This document shows positions 9,009-18,768 of a stretch of 64,000 bases of DNA, piece after piece. The stretch is from NCBI GenBank assembly GCA_963716395.1, contig OY970309.1, positions 1 through 64,000 on the forward strand. The letters run 5' to 3'. How positions within the stretch are numbered: the first letter of the stretch is position 1; each line of letters starts with the position of its first letter. The stretch comes from an uncultured Fibrobacteria bacterium (GTDB lineage: Bacteria > Fibrobacterota > Fibrobacteria > UBA11236). The notes beneath the pieces were generated by a model that searched no databases, was not told where the DNA came from, and saw nothing but the letters and a program-made list of their open reading frames with translations. A program made the position numbers and the translations under genes.

Positions 9009-10360
9009 GCGGTAAGGAGTCGTTCCCGGCCGAGGAGGTTTGTCCGGCGCCGGCATTTATTTTTTCGGAATCCGGCGCCGCGTTGACGCCGGATGCATCC
9101 GGATTGAGGGATATGGAAAACGGTTTGTTCGCCCAGGCGGAACGCGATTTTGCCGCGGAGTTGGAGCGCGATGCGGCCGTTCCGTCGCATCATCGGCCTC
9201 ACTATACAAGGTGGTTGTCGGCCTTTTTGGAAAACTGCCGCGAACTGGAAATTCCGCCCGCAGAAGCCGGCGCCTGGGAAGGGTTTGAAAACCGGATGCG
9301 CCAAAACACCCGGCCTGAATTTCAGATCGCGCAGGCCCGCCGGGCCGTGGAAAAGTTTTTGGGCATGGCTCCCGCAACTCCCCCGCCGGCCGAATCCGAA
9401 ACGCCGCAGGATTGGCCTTCGGCGTTCGCGGCCCTGACCGCGGCCATTCGCCTGCGCAATTATTCGGAGAAAACGCTGAAGTCCTACCAGCATTGGGTGC
9501 GCGGCTTCTGCGGCTTTTGCAAAAGATCGGTGGCTGAAATCGCCTCGCCCCACGCCAAGGATTATTTGACGCATCTGGCCGTGGACCGCCAGGTATCGGG
9601 TTCGACGCAGAACCAGGCCTTCTCGGCGCTGTTGTTTTTCTTCACCGTCGTGCTGCAGCGCGAGTTAAAGAACATGCAGGACACGCCGCGCGCCAAGCGC
9701 CGCGAAAACGTGCCCACGGTGTTGAGCCGCGAAGAGGTGCGGACCGTGCTCTCGGGGTTGCGGCCGCCGTTCGACCTGTTCGCGCGCCTGTTGTACGGAT
9801 GCGGCTTGCGGCTGCAAGAGGCGCTTTCGTTGCGCGTGCAGGATCTCGATCTCGATGCCGGATTGCTGGTGGCGTTCAACACCAAGGGTTCGAAAAGCCG
9901 CCGCCTGCCTTTGCCCGAGAGCTTGCGTCCGGAGCTGGGCGCGCATCTCGCCGCGGTGCGCGGTCTGTTTGCGCAGGACTTGGCCCTGGGGTTCGCCGGC
10001 GTCTTTCTGCCCGCCGCGCTGGAAAAAAAATATCCGGCCGCGGCCACGGAGTGGCCCTGGCAATGGGTTTTTCCCGCCGGGCAATTGACGCCCGTGGAAG
10101 GCGGCGGCCTACGGCGTTATCACCTGCATGAAACCCGCGTGCAAAAAGAAATGCAGGCCGCGGTGCGCGCCGCCGGCCTTTCCAAACGGGCCACGGCGCA
10201 TACTTTGCGGCATAGCTACGCCACGCATTTGCTGCAAATGGGCTATGATATCCGCACCGTGCAGGAATTGTTGGGGCACCACGATGTGACCACGACCATG
10301 GTGTATACGCATGCCGTGCAAACCCTGGCGGGAAAAATCGTCAGCCCCTTGGACCTTTGA
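9005..10360 (+). CDS. intI: Integron integrase B with N-terminal extension (start ATG 9005 overlapping the stop of integrase A, or ATG 9113 after GAGGG)
   Basis: YGCGLR, HTLRHSYATH, LGH, TTMVY; KYPAAATEWPWQWVFP...RRYHLHETRVQK integron insertion. Confidence 0.93.
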   Translation: MSGKESFPAEEVCPAPAFIFSESGAALTPDASGLRDMENGLFAQAERDFAAELERDAAVPSHHRPHYTRWLSAFLENCRELEIPPAEAGAWEGFENRMRQNTRPEFQIAQARRAVEKFLGMAPATPPPAESETPQDWPSAFAALTAAIRLRNYSEKTLKSYQHWVRGFCGFCKRSVAEIASPHAKDYLTHLAVDRQVSGSTQNQAFSALLFFFTVVLQRELKNMQDTPRAKRRENVPTVLSREEVRTVLSGLRPPFDLFARLLYGCGLRLQEALSLRVQDLDLDAGLLVAFNTKGSKSRRLPLPESLRPELGAHLAAVRGLFAQDLALGFAGVFLPAALEKKYPAAATEWPWQWVFPAGQLTPVEGGGLRRYHLHETRVQKEMQAAVRAAGLSKRATAHTLRHSYATHLLQMGYDIRTVQELLGHHDVTTTMVYTHAVQTLAGKIVSPLDL

Positions 10361-10668
10361 GGGGATCCGGCTTCGCGCGCTGAACCCATCTATTTGGCGG
10401 AAGCAAAAAGGCGCAGACGCGCAAAGCGAGTGCGAATACGGCTGGAAAACCGGTCACCCGAGGAGGCTGGCTGCAAACCTGCCGCGCACGGGAAATCGCC
10501 CCCTGGGGAGGATTTTGGGAGATTGAGACTATGTCTTGATCTTTTGCGGCGCAGAGTCTATGATTGTTTTGTCGGGTCGAACCGGCCGAGGTGGATAGCA
10601 GGAAAAAACGGAAATAGCGATAGAGCCAGCAACAGGTTTAGAAATGCAGATGAAGCAACGAGGAAGCC

Positions 10669-10956
10669 ATGGTTAAAATCACCCCGCGCGGAATTTCCGC
10701 TGCGTTTCCCGGGATCCTCGCCGCCGGCAGCTTGTTGACCTTGGATCGTCTGCCCCGCGGCCTGCGCGCCATCATCCACCGGCTGGAAACCGACGGATCG
10801 CTTAAGACCCATTTGCTCGAACTTGGATTCGTGCCCGGAAGCCCCGTGTCGTTCCTGATGAGCACCCCGTTTGGGGATCCGAACGTCTACGCGCTGCGCG
10901 GAACGTCTTTCGCGCTCCGGAAAAACGAAGCCCGATGCGTGGTCGTGACGATTTAG
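10669..10956 (+). CDS. feoA: Ferrous iron transport protein A
   Basis: LLELGFVPG...PFGDP...LRGTSFALRKNEA FeoA signature, upstream of feoB. Confidence 0.88.
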   Translation: MVKITPRGISAAFPGILAAGSLLTLDRLPRGLRAIIHRLETDGSLKTHLLELGFVPGSPVSFLMSTPFGDPNVYALRGTSFALRKNEARCVVVTI

Positions 10957-12872
10957 CCTCCCTTCCCCTGGTCGCCTTGGTGGGCGCCGCCAACTCCGGC
11001 AAGACCACCTTATTCAACCTCATCACCGCCTCGCATTACGACACGGTGAATTATCCGGGGTCGACGGTGGAATTCACCTTGGGCGAGGCGGCGCGTTTGC
11101 CCGGCTTTCCCTGCCGGGTCATGGATACGCCGGGGCTTTCGAGCCTAGCGGCCGTGAGCCCCGATGAACGGGTCACGGTGAACGCCCTGTTCGACGGCAC
11201 GCATCGCCCCGATCTGGTGGTATGCGTGGTCGACGGCAACCAGCTTTCGCGCCATCTCTATCTCGCGCGCCAATTGCAGGCGGTCGGCTTCGCCGTGGCC
11301 GTGGCCGTCACCATGCAGGATCGCCTGCGCAGCCGCGGTTTGCAACTCCATGTGGATCGGCTGTCCGAATTGATCGACTGCCCGGTGCTGGCCCTCGATC
11401 CCCGGCAGCGCACGGCGCTGAAACCCCTCGAAGCCATGCTGATCCGGACCCGGCAGGCGGCCGGCGATCGCGCCTGCCCCGAAGCCGAAAGCCTGCGGCG
11501 CACGGTGGCGACGTTCGATGAGGAACGCATCGAACAGGTTTTCCGCGCCCTGGATGCGGTGGAAAAGATCGCGGTGCAACCCGCCGGTCCCCCGGGAGCG
11601 GCGCCGCCAACCCGCACGCCGTTTTCCGTCGACCGCATTTTGCTGCACCCGGTGCTGGGTCTAGTGCTGTTCCTGCTCGTGATGACGGCCATCTTCACGT
11701 CGATCTTCTGGCTGGCCGCGCCCTTTATGAATGCGATTGATGCCGGTTTCGGCTGGGCTATTTCGGCCCTAAAAACCCATCTCCCCGCCACGTGGGCCAC
11801 GGATTTTCTCGCCGACGGCCTCATCGGCGGCATCGGGGCCGTGGCGGTCTACGTGCCGCAAATCCTGATCCTGTTCGTGGCCATGGGCTATCTCGAAGAC
11901 TCCGGGTATCTGGCGCGCGGCGCGGCGTTGGTGGACAAGCCCCTTTCCAAAATCGGCCTGAACGGCAAGTCGTTCGTACCGTTACTTTCGGGTTACGCTT
12001 GCGCCATCCCCGCCATGATGGCAGCGCGCACCATTTCCAACCGCGCCGAGCGCAACCTGACCTTGCTCGTCATTCCCATGATGAGCTGCAGCGCGCGGCT
12101 GCCCATCTACACCTTGCTGCTGGCGTTTCTCCTGCCGCAGAACAAACCCTGGATCGGCGGCCTGGCGCTGACCGGGCTGTATGTGCTGGGCATGGTGCTG
12201 GGCGCCATCATTTCCACCGTGGCCTCGCGCTTCATCCGCAGCGGGGAGGCGTCGCGCTTCATCCTGGAATTGCCCGCCATGAAAAGGCCCGTGTTCCGCG
12301 TGGTGTTGTCTTCGACCTACCACAAAACCATGGTCTACGCGCGCAAGGCGGGCCTGGCCATCGTGATCATCTCCTCGGCCCTGTGGGTTTTGACCCATAC
12401 GCCTTCCCCGCACATGACCGGCCCCGACCCCGACTACGTGACCCTGTCGCATTCCTATGCCGCCGACATCGGGCATGTCATCGAGCCCATCACCCGGCCC
12501 ATGGGGCTGGATTGGCGCGGCGGCGTGGCCCTGATTTGCGGCACGGCGGCCCGCGAGGTTTTCGTCAGCGCCCTGGCCCTGGCCTACCGTGTGCACGGGG
12601 AAAAAGACAAGGGCCTGACCGGCCACCTGCTGGCGGCCATGCCGTCCCTGCGCTTCGAAGACACGGGGCAGCGCATTTTCACCACGGCTTCGAGTCTGGG
12701 GCTGCTGGTGTTTTACATCATCGCCCTGCAATGCTTCGCCACCGTGGCCGTGGCGCGGCATGAAATGGGATCGTGGAAGCTGGCCATCGGGCAGTTGGTT
12801 TTGTTTACCGGCACGGCCTATGCATTGGCGGTGGCCACCGTACAGGGCTTGCGGGCCCTGGGAGTGGCCTGA
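10935..12872 (+). CDS. feoB: Ferrous iron transport protein B
   Basis: GAANSGKTT, NYPGSTVE and DTPG GTPase motifs; LEDSGY..R, GYACAIP and MSCSARLP membrane motifs. Confidence 0.95.
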   Translation: MRGRDDLASLPLVALVGAANSGKTTLFNLITASHYDTVNYPGSTVEFTLGEAARLPGFPCRVMDTPGLSSLAAVSPDERVTVNALFDGTHRPDLVVCVVDGNQLSRHLYLARQLQAVGFAVAVAVTMQDRLRSRGLQLHVDRLSELIDCPVLALDPRQRTALKPLEAMLIRTRQAAGDRACPEAESLRRTVATFDEERIEQVFRALDAVEKIAVQPAGPPGAAPPTRTPFSVDRILLHPVLGLVLFLLVMTAIFTSIFWLAAPFMNAIDAGFGWAISALKTHLPATWATDFLADGLIGGIGAVAVYVPQILILFVAMGYLEDSGYLARGAALVDKPLSKIGLNGKSFVPLLSGYACAIPAMMAARTISNRAERNLTLLVIPMMSCSARLPIYTLLLAFLLPQNKPWIGGLALTGLYVLGMVLGAIISTVASRFIRSGEASRFILELPAMKRPVFRVVLSSTYHKTMVYARKAGLAIVIISSALWVLTHTPSPHMTGPDPDYVTLSHSYAADIGHVIEPITRPMGLDWRGGVALICGTAAREVFVSALALAYRVHGEKDKGLTGHLLAAMPSLRFEDTGQRIFTTASSLGLLVFYIIALQCFATVAVARHEMGSWKLAIGQLVLFTGTAYALAVATVQGLRALGVA

Positions 12873-13185
12873 CCCGCTGGCCGGGAGTTCCCGGGAGCGG
12901 CGCGTAACCACCCCATTTTATCACCATGTTATATGGTTGATACCTCGGACGCGTCCGCGGGTGAATTTCCGCCGGCGGTGTAACCGACGCGGGATTCGGC
13001 CCGCTTGCGCCCCGCGCATTTCCGCTCCGGCCTTCTTGGCGACACGTTTGCGACAGAATACACACCTGGGAACATTTCGCGCTCCGCATGCATTGACGGC
13101 ACTCCGCACAGAATCAAAATTTCAACCGCTCACACGGCCTTCACGCAACCCAGGTTCGTGAAATCCCGCTTTGGGTAACCTAGGC

Positions 13186-14235
13186 ATGACGTCCGGCTTC
13201 CAGCCCAAGTTCACGATTACCCACCGCATCGTGGCGGCGCTCAGCAATTTCGATCGGCTCAAAGGCTTTCTCGAAGGCGCGGCTTTTCTGCCGGAGCGGG
13301 TGCGGGAAACGCGGCAGCGCGCCTGGGTGCGCCAGGCCCACCATACCACCCGCCCCGAAGGCACACCGCTTTCCCTGGAACAGGCCGCGCGCTTGTGGGA
13401 AGGCGAAACCCTGCCCGAAGCCGATGCGCGCGCCGCCCGCGAATTATTGAATTACCGCGAAGCCTTCCGCCTCGGCATTGACCGGGCCCGGGCGGGAACA
13501 CCCGTCGGCGCAGAGTTGTTCCGCGACTTGCACCGCCTGCTGATGCAAGACCTGCCCGAAACCACGGGCCGCATCGGCGCCTACCGGCGCGTGCAGAACT
13601 ATGTGGTGGACGCGCAATCGGGTCTTAATTTGTTCACCCCGCCGCCTCCGGACGGGGTGCCGGACCTCATGGAAGACCTGGTGCATTGGTTGAACCACAC
13701 TCCGGAAATCCATGCCGTGTTGGTGGCCGGCATTGCAAAATTCCGGCTGAACTACATTCACCCCTTCCGCGACGGCAATGGGCGCCTAGCCCGCCTGTTT
13801 TCCCTGCTGTGGCTGCAGCGCTGCGGCTATGACGTGCGCCGGATGGTCTTGCTGGGCGAACGCTACGATCGCGATCGCGGCGCCGCCTATGCGGTCATCA
13901 CCCGGGCCGAACAAAACGGGCAGGACCTCACCGAATGGCTGGAATTTTTCACCGAAGGCTTGGGCTCGCAATTGCAGGAAATGAAAGACTATTGGAACGC
14001 GTCGGCGCGCGTCGACCAGTTGCGGCGCGAGCATCTGTTGTCGGCGCGCCAGGCGGGCGCCCTGGAACTTATCTGGAAAAACCACGCGATGAATATCCGC
14101 CAATACGAAGCGGTGCATCCGGGCGTGAGCCGGCGATCCCTGCAACGGGATTTGAAAAAACTGGTGGAGATCGGTTTGCTGCAGGTGGAAGGCGGCACCC
14201 ATCAAACCGTCTACCGATGGAAAAATTCCGCCTGA
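13186..14235 (+). CDS. Fic family protein with C-terminal HTH
   Basis: HPFRDGNGRLAR catalytic motif; N-terminal TTRPEG inhibitory-type motif; SRRSLQRDLKKLVE HTH. Confidence 0.9.
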   Translation: MTSGFQPKFTITHRIVAALSNFDRLKGFLEGAAFLPERVRETRQRAWVRQAHHTTRPEGTPLSLEQAARLWEGETLPEADARAARELLNYREAFRLGIDRARAGTPVGAELFRDLHRLLMQDLPETTGRIGAYRRVQNYVVDAQSGLNLFTPPPPDGVPDLMEDLVHWLNHTPEIHAVLVAGIAKFRLNYIHPFRDGNGRLARLFSLLWLQRCGYDVRRMVLLGERYDRDRGAAYAVITRAEQNGQDLTEWLEFFTEGLGSQLQEMKDYWNASARVDQLRREHLLSARQAGALELIWKNHAMNIRQYEAVHPGVSRRSLQRDLKKLVEIGLLQVEGGTHQTVYRWKNSA

Positions 14236-14736
14236 GTACATCGAATTTTGTCCACCCCGGTTTAGCCTGATTTTTACGTCATATTCGCGACAGAGTTAAT
14301 TTTTGATTCGTAACAAATTATTTCCAGGCAATATTTTCAAGTCATGATTTTAAATTGCTTAGGGTGGGAAATAGGAATTCTTTTGCCGGCTCCTGCTCCC
14401 ATGGAATGCCACGCCTCCCAACTCGACGACGCAGTCGTAAGCCGCCGGCCACCGGACGAGAAAACCGTTTTTCTCCGGACTCTACCAATTTATATGGTGA
14501 ATTGAATTCGCGACTTGACACCTTTTCGTGGGGAAATGTAACGGGCAAAATCACAACACGTTTTTTAGGGAGTTTTAATCCAATTATTGCAAGTATTTTT
14601 CATTCCGCTAATTTCAACCCATTTGCCCCGGTGCGTTTTTCCCGTTTGCCACGGCGGATGATTTAATGCCTTTTGAGGTTGTAGATCCGGCGAAAAATAT
14701 TACACGCGGAGAGATGCGAGAAGTACGGAGCCTTAG

Positions 14737-15981
14737 ATGATTGAATCCGCCTTCGACCAGGCCGATCACGCCCTGAACATCACCGACGCCCAAGGCGTGC
14801 TGGTGCGCGTCAACCAAGCCTATCTTCGCCTGTACAAATTTTCTGCGGCCGACGAAGTGCTGGGAAAGACCCAACGCGTCATCCGTTCGCCGCATACGCC
14901 CGACGGCACCTACAAGGACATGTGGGAGACCATCACCGCGGGCCACGTCTGGCGCGGCGAGCTGACCAACTGTACCAAAGACGGCAGCGACGTATTTATC
15001 CATTTGACGATTTCGCCCATCCGCAAAGAAGGCCGCATCGTGGGCTATATGGGACTGTCGCTGGATCGCTCGCAGCAAATGCTGTTGGAGCGCCAGCTCT
15101 TTCATGCCAGCAAGCTGGCCATTCTGGGAACCTTGGGCGCGGGCCTGGCGCATGAATTGAACAATCCTTTGTCGTCGGTGCTGCTCGACGGGGAATTCCT
15201 GCGCGATACTTCCGAAGCGCTACCGGTATCCGAGGATCGACGGCATGAAATGCAACGCGCGGCCGACGCCGTGATCCGCGGCGTGGAGCGCATGCGGCGC
15301 GTACTCAAACATTTTCTTGATTACGCCAAGCAGGAGCCGTCGGCTTCGGTTTCGAGCTTCGCCTTCAAGGAAATGTTGGACGACACCATGCTCCTCATCG
15401 AAGGCCAGTTGCTGGCTCGCGACATCAAGATTCAGGTCGATGCCGATCCCGGCATCTGGATTTCCGGAAACCGCACACAATTGGAGTCGGTGCTCCATAA
15501 TCTGCTGACCAATTCGCGCGACGCCTTTGGAGAGAACGCGCAAACCGACCGAAAAATTTCGATTACCCTGCGCGGTGAAGAAAGCCGCGGCCGCATGATG
15601 TTGGAATACCGCGACAACGCGGGCGGCATCGTCGAAGAACTGATTCCCCGCATCTTCGAGCCTTTTTTCTCCACCAAAGGCGGCGACAACAGCGGCCTGG
15701 GCCTGGCTTTGAGCCGGAAAATCGTGCGCGAACACGGCGGCGATATCGAATGCGAGTCCGGGCAGGGCGAATCGCGGTTTCGCGTGTGGTTGCCGGCCAC
15801 GGCTTTTGTCAAAGCGGCAAGGCCGACCGCGCCCCCGGTGGAAACGGGCAATGCACCAAAAATCAAGGTGCTGACCCCCATTCGGCCCCGTCTTTCGCGG
15901 CGTGATTTGGGTTATACCAACCCACGGCCGGGCAAAAAGCCAGATCCGCCTTCTGACAAAAAGTCAGATTCGGACTTTTAA
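14737..15981 (+). CDS. PAS-domain sensor histidine kinase
   Basis: PAS (VWRGELTNCTKDG), AHELNNPL H-box, NLLTNSRDA, DNAGGI, FFSTK, GLGL. Confidence 0.92.
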   Translation: MIESAFDQADHALNITDAQGVLVRVNQAYLRLYKFSAADEVLGKTQRVIRSPHTPDGTYKDMWETITAGHVWRGELTNCTKDGSDVFIHLTISPIRKEGRIVGYMGLSLDRSQQMLLERQLFHASKLAILGTLGAGLAHELNNPLSSVLLDGEFLRDTSEALPVSEDRRHEMQRAADAVIRGVERMRRVLKHFLDYAKQEPSASVSSFAFKEMLDDTMLLIEGQLLARDIKIQVDADPGIWISGNRTQLESVLHNLLTNSRDAFGENAQTDRKISITLRGEESRGRMMLEYRDNAGGIVEELIPRIFEPFFSTKGGDNSGLGLALSRKIVREHGGDIECESGQGESRFRVWLPATAFVKAARPTAPPVETGNAPKIKVLTPIRPRLSRRDLGYTNPRPGKKPDPPSDKKSDSDF

Positions 15982-16070
15982 TTCTGCGTCAAGTTCGCGA
16001 CGGCGAAACGCCGATCAACGCGTCACCTTTGATTTTGGGGTCGACTTGCCATCGATGCAACGATGCCGGT

Positions 16071-16086
16071 TTGGCATATCCTTTGC
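16071..16086 (+). promoter_or_regulatory. Putative sigma-54 (-24/-12) promoter
   Basis: TTGGCATATCCTTTGC (GG-N10-GC), followed by AGAGGAGG and ATG at 16121. Confidence 0.55.
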
Positions 16087-16120
16087 GCTTCTTTGGAATC
16101 GTATCTGTAGAGGAGGCACC

Positions 16121-16317
16121 ATGAATCGTATCGATGAATTCAGCGACTGGCAAAGACTGGCCGAGTGGGTGGAACCCCAAGAGGTGATGGCGTTGATTCC
16201 CAAATCCCAGCGGGCAGCGATGTATATGTCGGTTATGGGTAAAGACGAATGGGGCCAGCCCAAATTTCGTTCCGACGCCAACCCATGGCGCGGAAGAACC
16301 CCATGGCGCGGAAGTAA
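16121..16317 (+). CDS. Small hypothetical protein (3' end uncertain; as assembled it reads on to 16624)
   Basis: Strong RBS, MNRIDEFSDWQRLAEWVEPQEVM...; an out-of-frame TAA at 16315 sits just before the next RBS. Confidence 0.4.
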
Positions 16318-16329
16318 AGGGAGGATCGC

Positions 16330-16971
16330 ATGCGCAGAGAAGGCTCTCCCCATCATCAAGGCCAGGTCGGCAAGGCGCGCGGTAAAACCCGGCATACGGC
16401 GCATCACGATCTCGGACATCCGCAGCGGACGCCTCAAACGGTTTCGCAAAAGCCTCCCGAGCGGGATGAAAAGCAAAAGCCCCGCTCGGGGAGCAAGCCC
16501 TCCGGCGAAGAGGAAAAACATCGCGACGCAATTGATCGGCCGGGGAAGAAAGCCTCCGCAGCGGAATTTGCTTTTGTGGATTCTTCTCCGCTGCCCGAGT
16601 TCGGGCACGACACCTTTGTGTTGACGCGCCGGAATCTCACGGAATTATTCGCCTATTGGGAGATTTCTCCCGCACGCCTGATTGCCGGCGAGGCGAAAAA
16701 ACGGGCGGGGGAAGAATACGCCGAAGTCATTCGTTTGAGCTGGCCGCCTGCCAGTTTGTTCGCGGTGAATTTTTCATTTTTCCCGATAGCATTCCACACC
16801 CGACGCAGCGCTTTGCGCGTTCCCTTCGAAGGCTTGGCGTATCAAGCCGAAATCGGCTGGCTCGGCAGCCAGGGCGATTTCATTCCGGTGCTGGCTTCAA
16901 ACCGCTCCGACGCGGCCGCGCGCCCGTTTCCCTTTCAACTGGCGGGTTCTTCTCAATTCGTCTTTCTTTGA
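16330..16971 (+). CDS. DUF4912-like protein
   Basis: GGAGGA RBS; LPEFGHDTFVLTRRNLTELFAYWEIS and YQAEIGW resemble DUF4912. Confidence 0.65.
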   Translation: MRREGSPHHQGQVGKARGKTRHTAHHDLGHPQRTPQTVSQKPPERDEKQKPRSGSKPSGEEEKHRDAIDRPGKKASAAEFAFVDSSPLPEFGHDTFVLTRRNLTELFAYWEISPARLIAGEAKKRAGEEYAEVIRLSWPPASLFAVNFSFFPIAFHTRRSALRVPFEGLAYQAEIGWLGSQGDFIPVLASNRSDAAARPFPFQLAGSSQFVFL

Positions 16972-18548
16972 TCGCTTTCGTCGGCTCCGGCCCCGTTTTC
17001 TCCGGTTTCAAGACGCAGCATGCGGGCGTCGACGTCGGCCAGCAACTTTTCCTGCGCGGCCTGGCTAAGTATGCCATGGTGAAAGGCGTCATTTGCCACG
17101 TCTTTTTCGACTTGCAGCAGATGCTTGCTGGCCCAAAGCCGTTCTTCACCGCGAAGCTGACCGGGGTCGAGCGGTAATTTCTTCAGCCCCTCGGAATTGT
17201 TTTCCACTCTTTGTTCATACTCGCGGCGCAGGCCGGCCAGCACTTCGGCATCGGCGAAGGGGTCGCGCGCCATGTGTTCGAGTTCGGTCAACGCGGCCTG
17301 GGCTGCATTCAAGCGGGCGCGCATGAGGGCATAGGCGGCGCGATCCTGACTCCCTTGCACGATGCCCAGACGCCGCAGCACCGGAGACATGGTCAATCCA
17401 TGGATCAGGATGGAAAGGATGACGACCCCGAAGGTGATGGAAACCAGAAAATCGCGGTGGGGAAAGTCGCCCGGCAGACTGAGCACCAGGACCATGGGGA
17501 TGGCGCCGCGCAACCCGCCCCAGGAGAGCAAGACGGACCAGGTCCAGGGAATGCGCTCCCGCGTGCCGCGCAAAAGAAAAGAGGCGCCGAACACGACCAG
17601 GGCCCGGCAGCCCGTGACCACGAAATAGGCGACGAGAATGGATCGCCAGGAGTCGAGCAGATCGCGCACCTGCACTTCGAGGCCGATGAGCAGGAAGACG
17701 ATGGAATTCAAGGCAAAGGCGACGTACTCCCAAAATTTTTCCACGGCGACGCGGGTCGACGGCGACATGCCGACGCGGGCGCCGTAGTTTCCGCAAATCA
17801 TGCCCGCCGACACGGCGGCAATCACCCCGGAGTAAAGAAAACGCTCGGCGATCAGGAAGGAGCCGTAGGCGGCGATGGTGGTGAGGGTGATCTCGATCAT
17901 CGGGTCATCCACCTGCTTGATGATTTGCGAAACGGCCATGCCCACGCCCAATCCAATCAGCGCGCCGATGCCGACGATTTTGACGAAATCCAGGGCCAGG
18001 GCCGCAGGCGTGGACATGGTTCCGTTGACCAGCCCCAGGCAGAGGGCGAAGAAGACGATGGCGGTGCCGTCGTTGAGCAGGCTTTCGCCTTCGAGCAATA
18101 CAGCCAGGCGCTGCGGAACTCCCAGGTGCTTGAAGATGGCGACCACGGCGATGGGATCGGTGGCGGAGATGAGCGCCCCGAATACCAAGGCGTACTTCCA
18201 GGAAAAATCCGCGGTGAAGTGCAGCAGGTTGACGGCCGGCGTCAAAATCAGGGCGGTCAAAACAATCGCCGCCACCACGCCGGGTATGGCCAGCGAGGTG
18301 ATGGCCAGCCGGTTGCGCCAGAATTGCGTGAACTCGATATGAAAGGCGGCCTCGAAGACCAGGCCCGGCAACAAAACGTGGAACAGCAGGGCCTGGGTGA
18401 GGTGGGGCGCCTGAAAGACATGCAATACCCCCAGCCCCAATCCGGTTAACACCAAGGCGACGGTATAGGGAATGGCCAGACGCTGCACGATGATGGCCAC
18501 GGCGGTGGCCACCACGAACAGCAGGATGTAAACGGTTTCTTTTTCCAT
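16953..18548 (-). CDS. Na+/H+ antiporter, CPA1 family
   Basis: ATDPIAV, EGESLLNDG and WGGLRGA motifs; many TM helices. Confidence 0.93.
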   Translation of the reverse strand: MEKETVYILLFVVATAVAIIVQRLAIPYTVALVLTGLGLGVLHVFQAPHLTQALLFHVLLPGLVFEAAFHIEFTQFWRNRLAITSLAIPGVVAAIVLTALILTPAVNLLHFTADFSWKYALVFGALISATDPIAVVAIFKHLGVPQRLAVLLEGESLLNDGTAIVFFALCLGLVNGTMSTPAALALDFVKIVGIGALIGLGVGMAVSQIIKQVDDPMIEITLTTIAAYGSFLIAERFLYSGVIAAVSAGMICGNYGARVGMSPSTRVAVEKFWEYVAFALNSIVFLLIGLEVQVRDLLDSWRSILVAYFVVTGCRALVVFGASFLLRGTRERIPWTWSVLLSWGGLRGAIPMVLVLSLPGDFPHRDFLVSITFGVVILSILIHGLTMSPVLRRLGIVQGSQDRAAYALMRARLNAAQAALTELEHMARDPFADAEVLAGLRREYEQRVENNSEGLKKLPLDPGQLRGEERLWASKHLLQVEKDVANDAFHHGILSQAAQEKLLADVDARMLRLETGENGAGADESDQRKTN

Positions 18549-18768
18549 GCGCGAAAGCGGATTCGACCCCGAACGGTCATCCCTTTATAGCAACTTTACC
18601 CCCGCAGAATGTCCGGGGCGATGGGGCGGAGATATGCCGATGCGATCTGCCGACGCGAGGCCGCGGGCAAATGGGATTCGAACCGGGGAGGCACCGCACC
18701 GGCGCAGGTCCCAACCCCGATGGCAGGCGCGGCAGGCGATGTGGAGCCCGATGCGGAGCCGGCGGCGA

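Noticed and set aside
14240-14736. Riboswitch or ncRNA in the AT-rich intergenic region
   Set aside because: No recognisable family motif or convincing stem set by eye.
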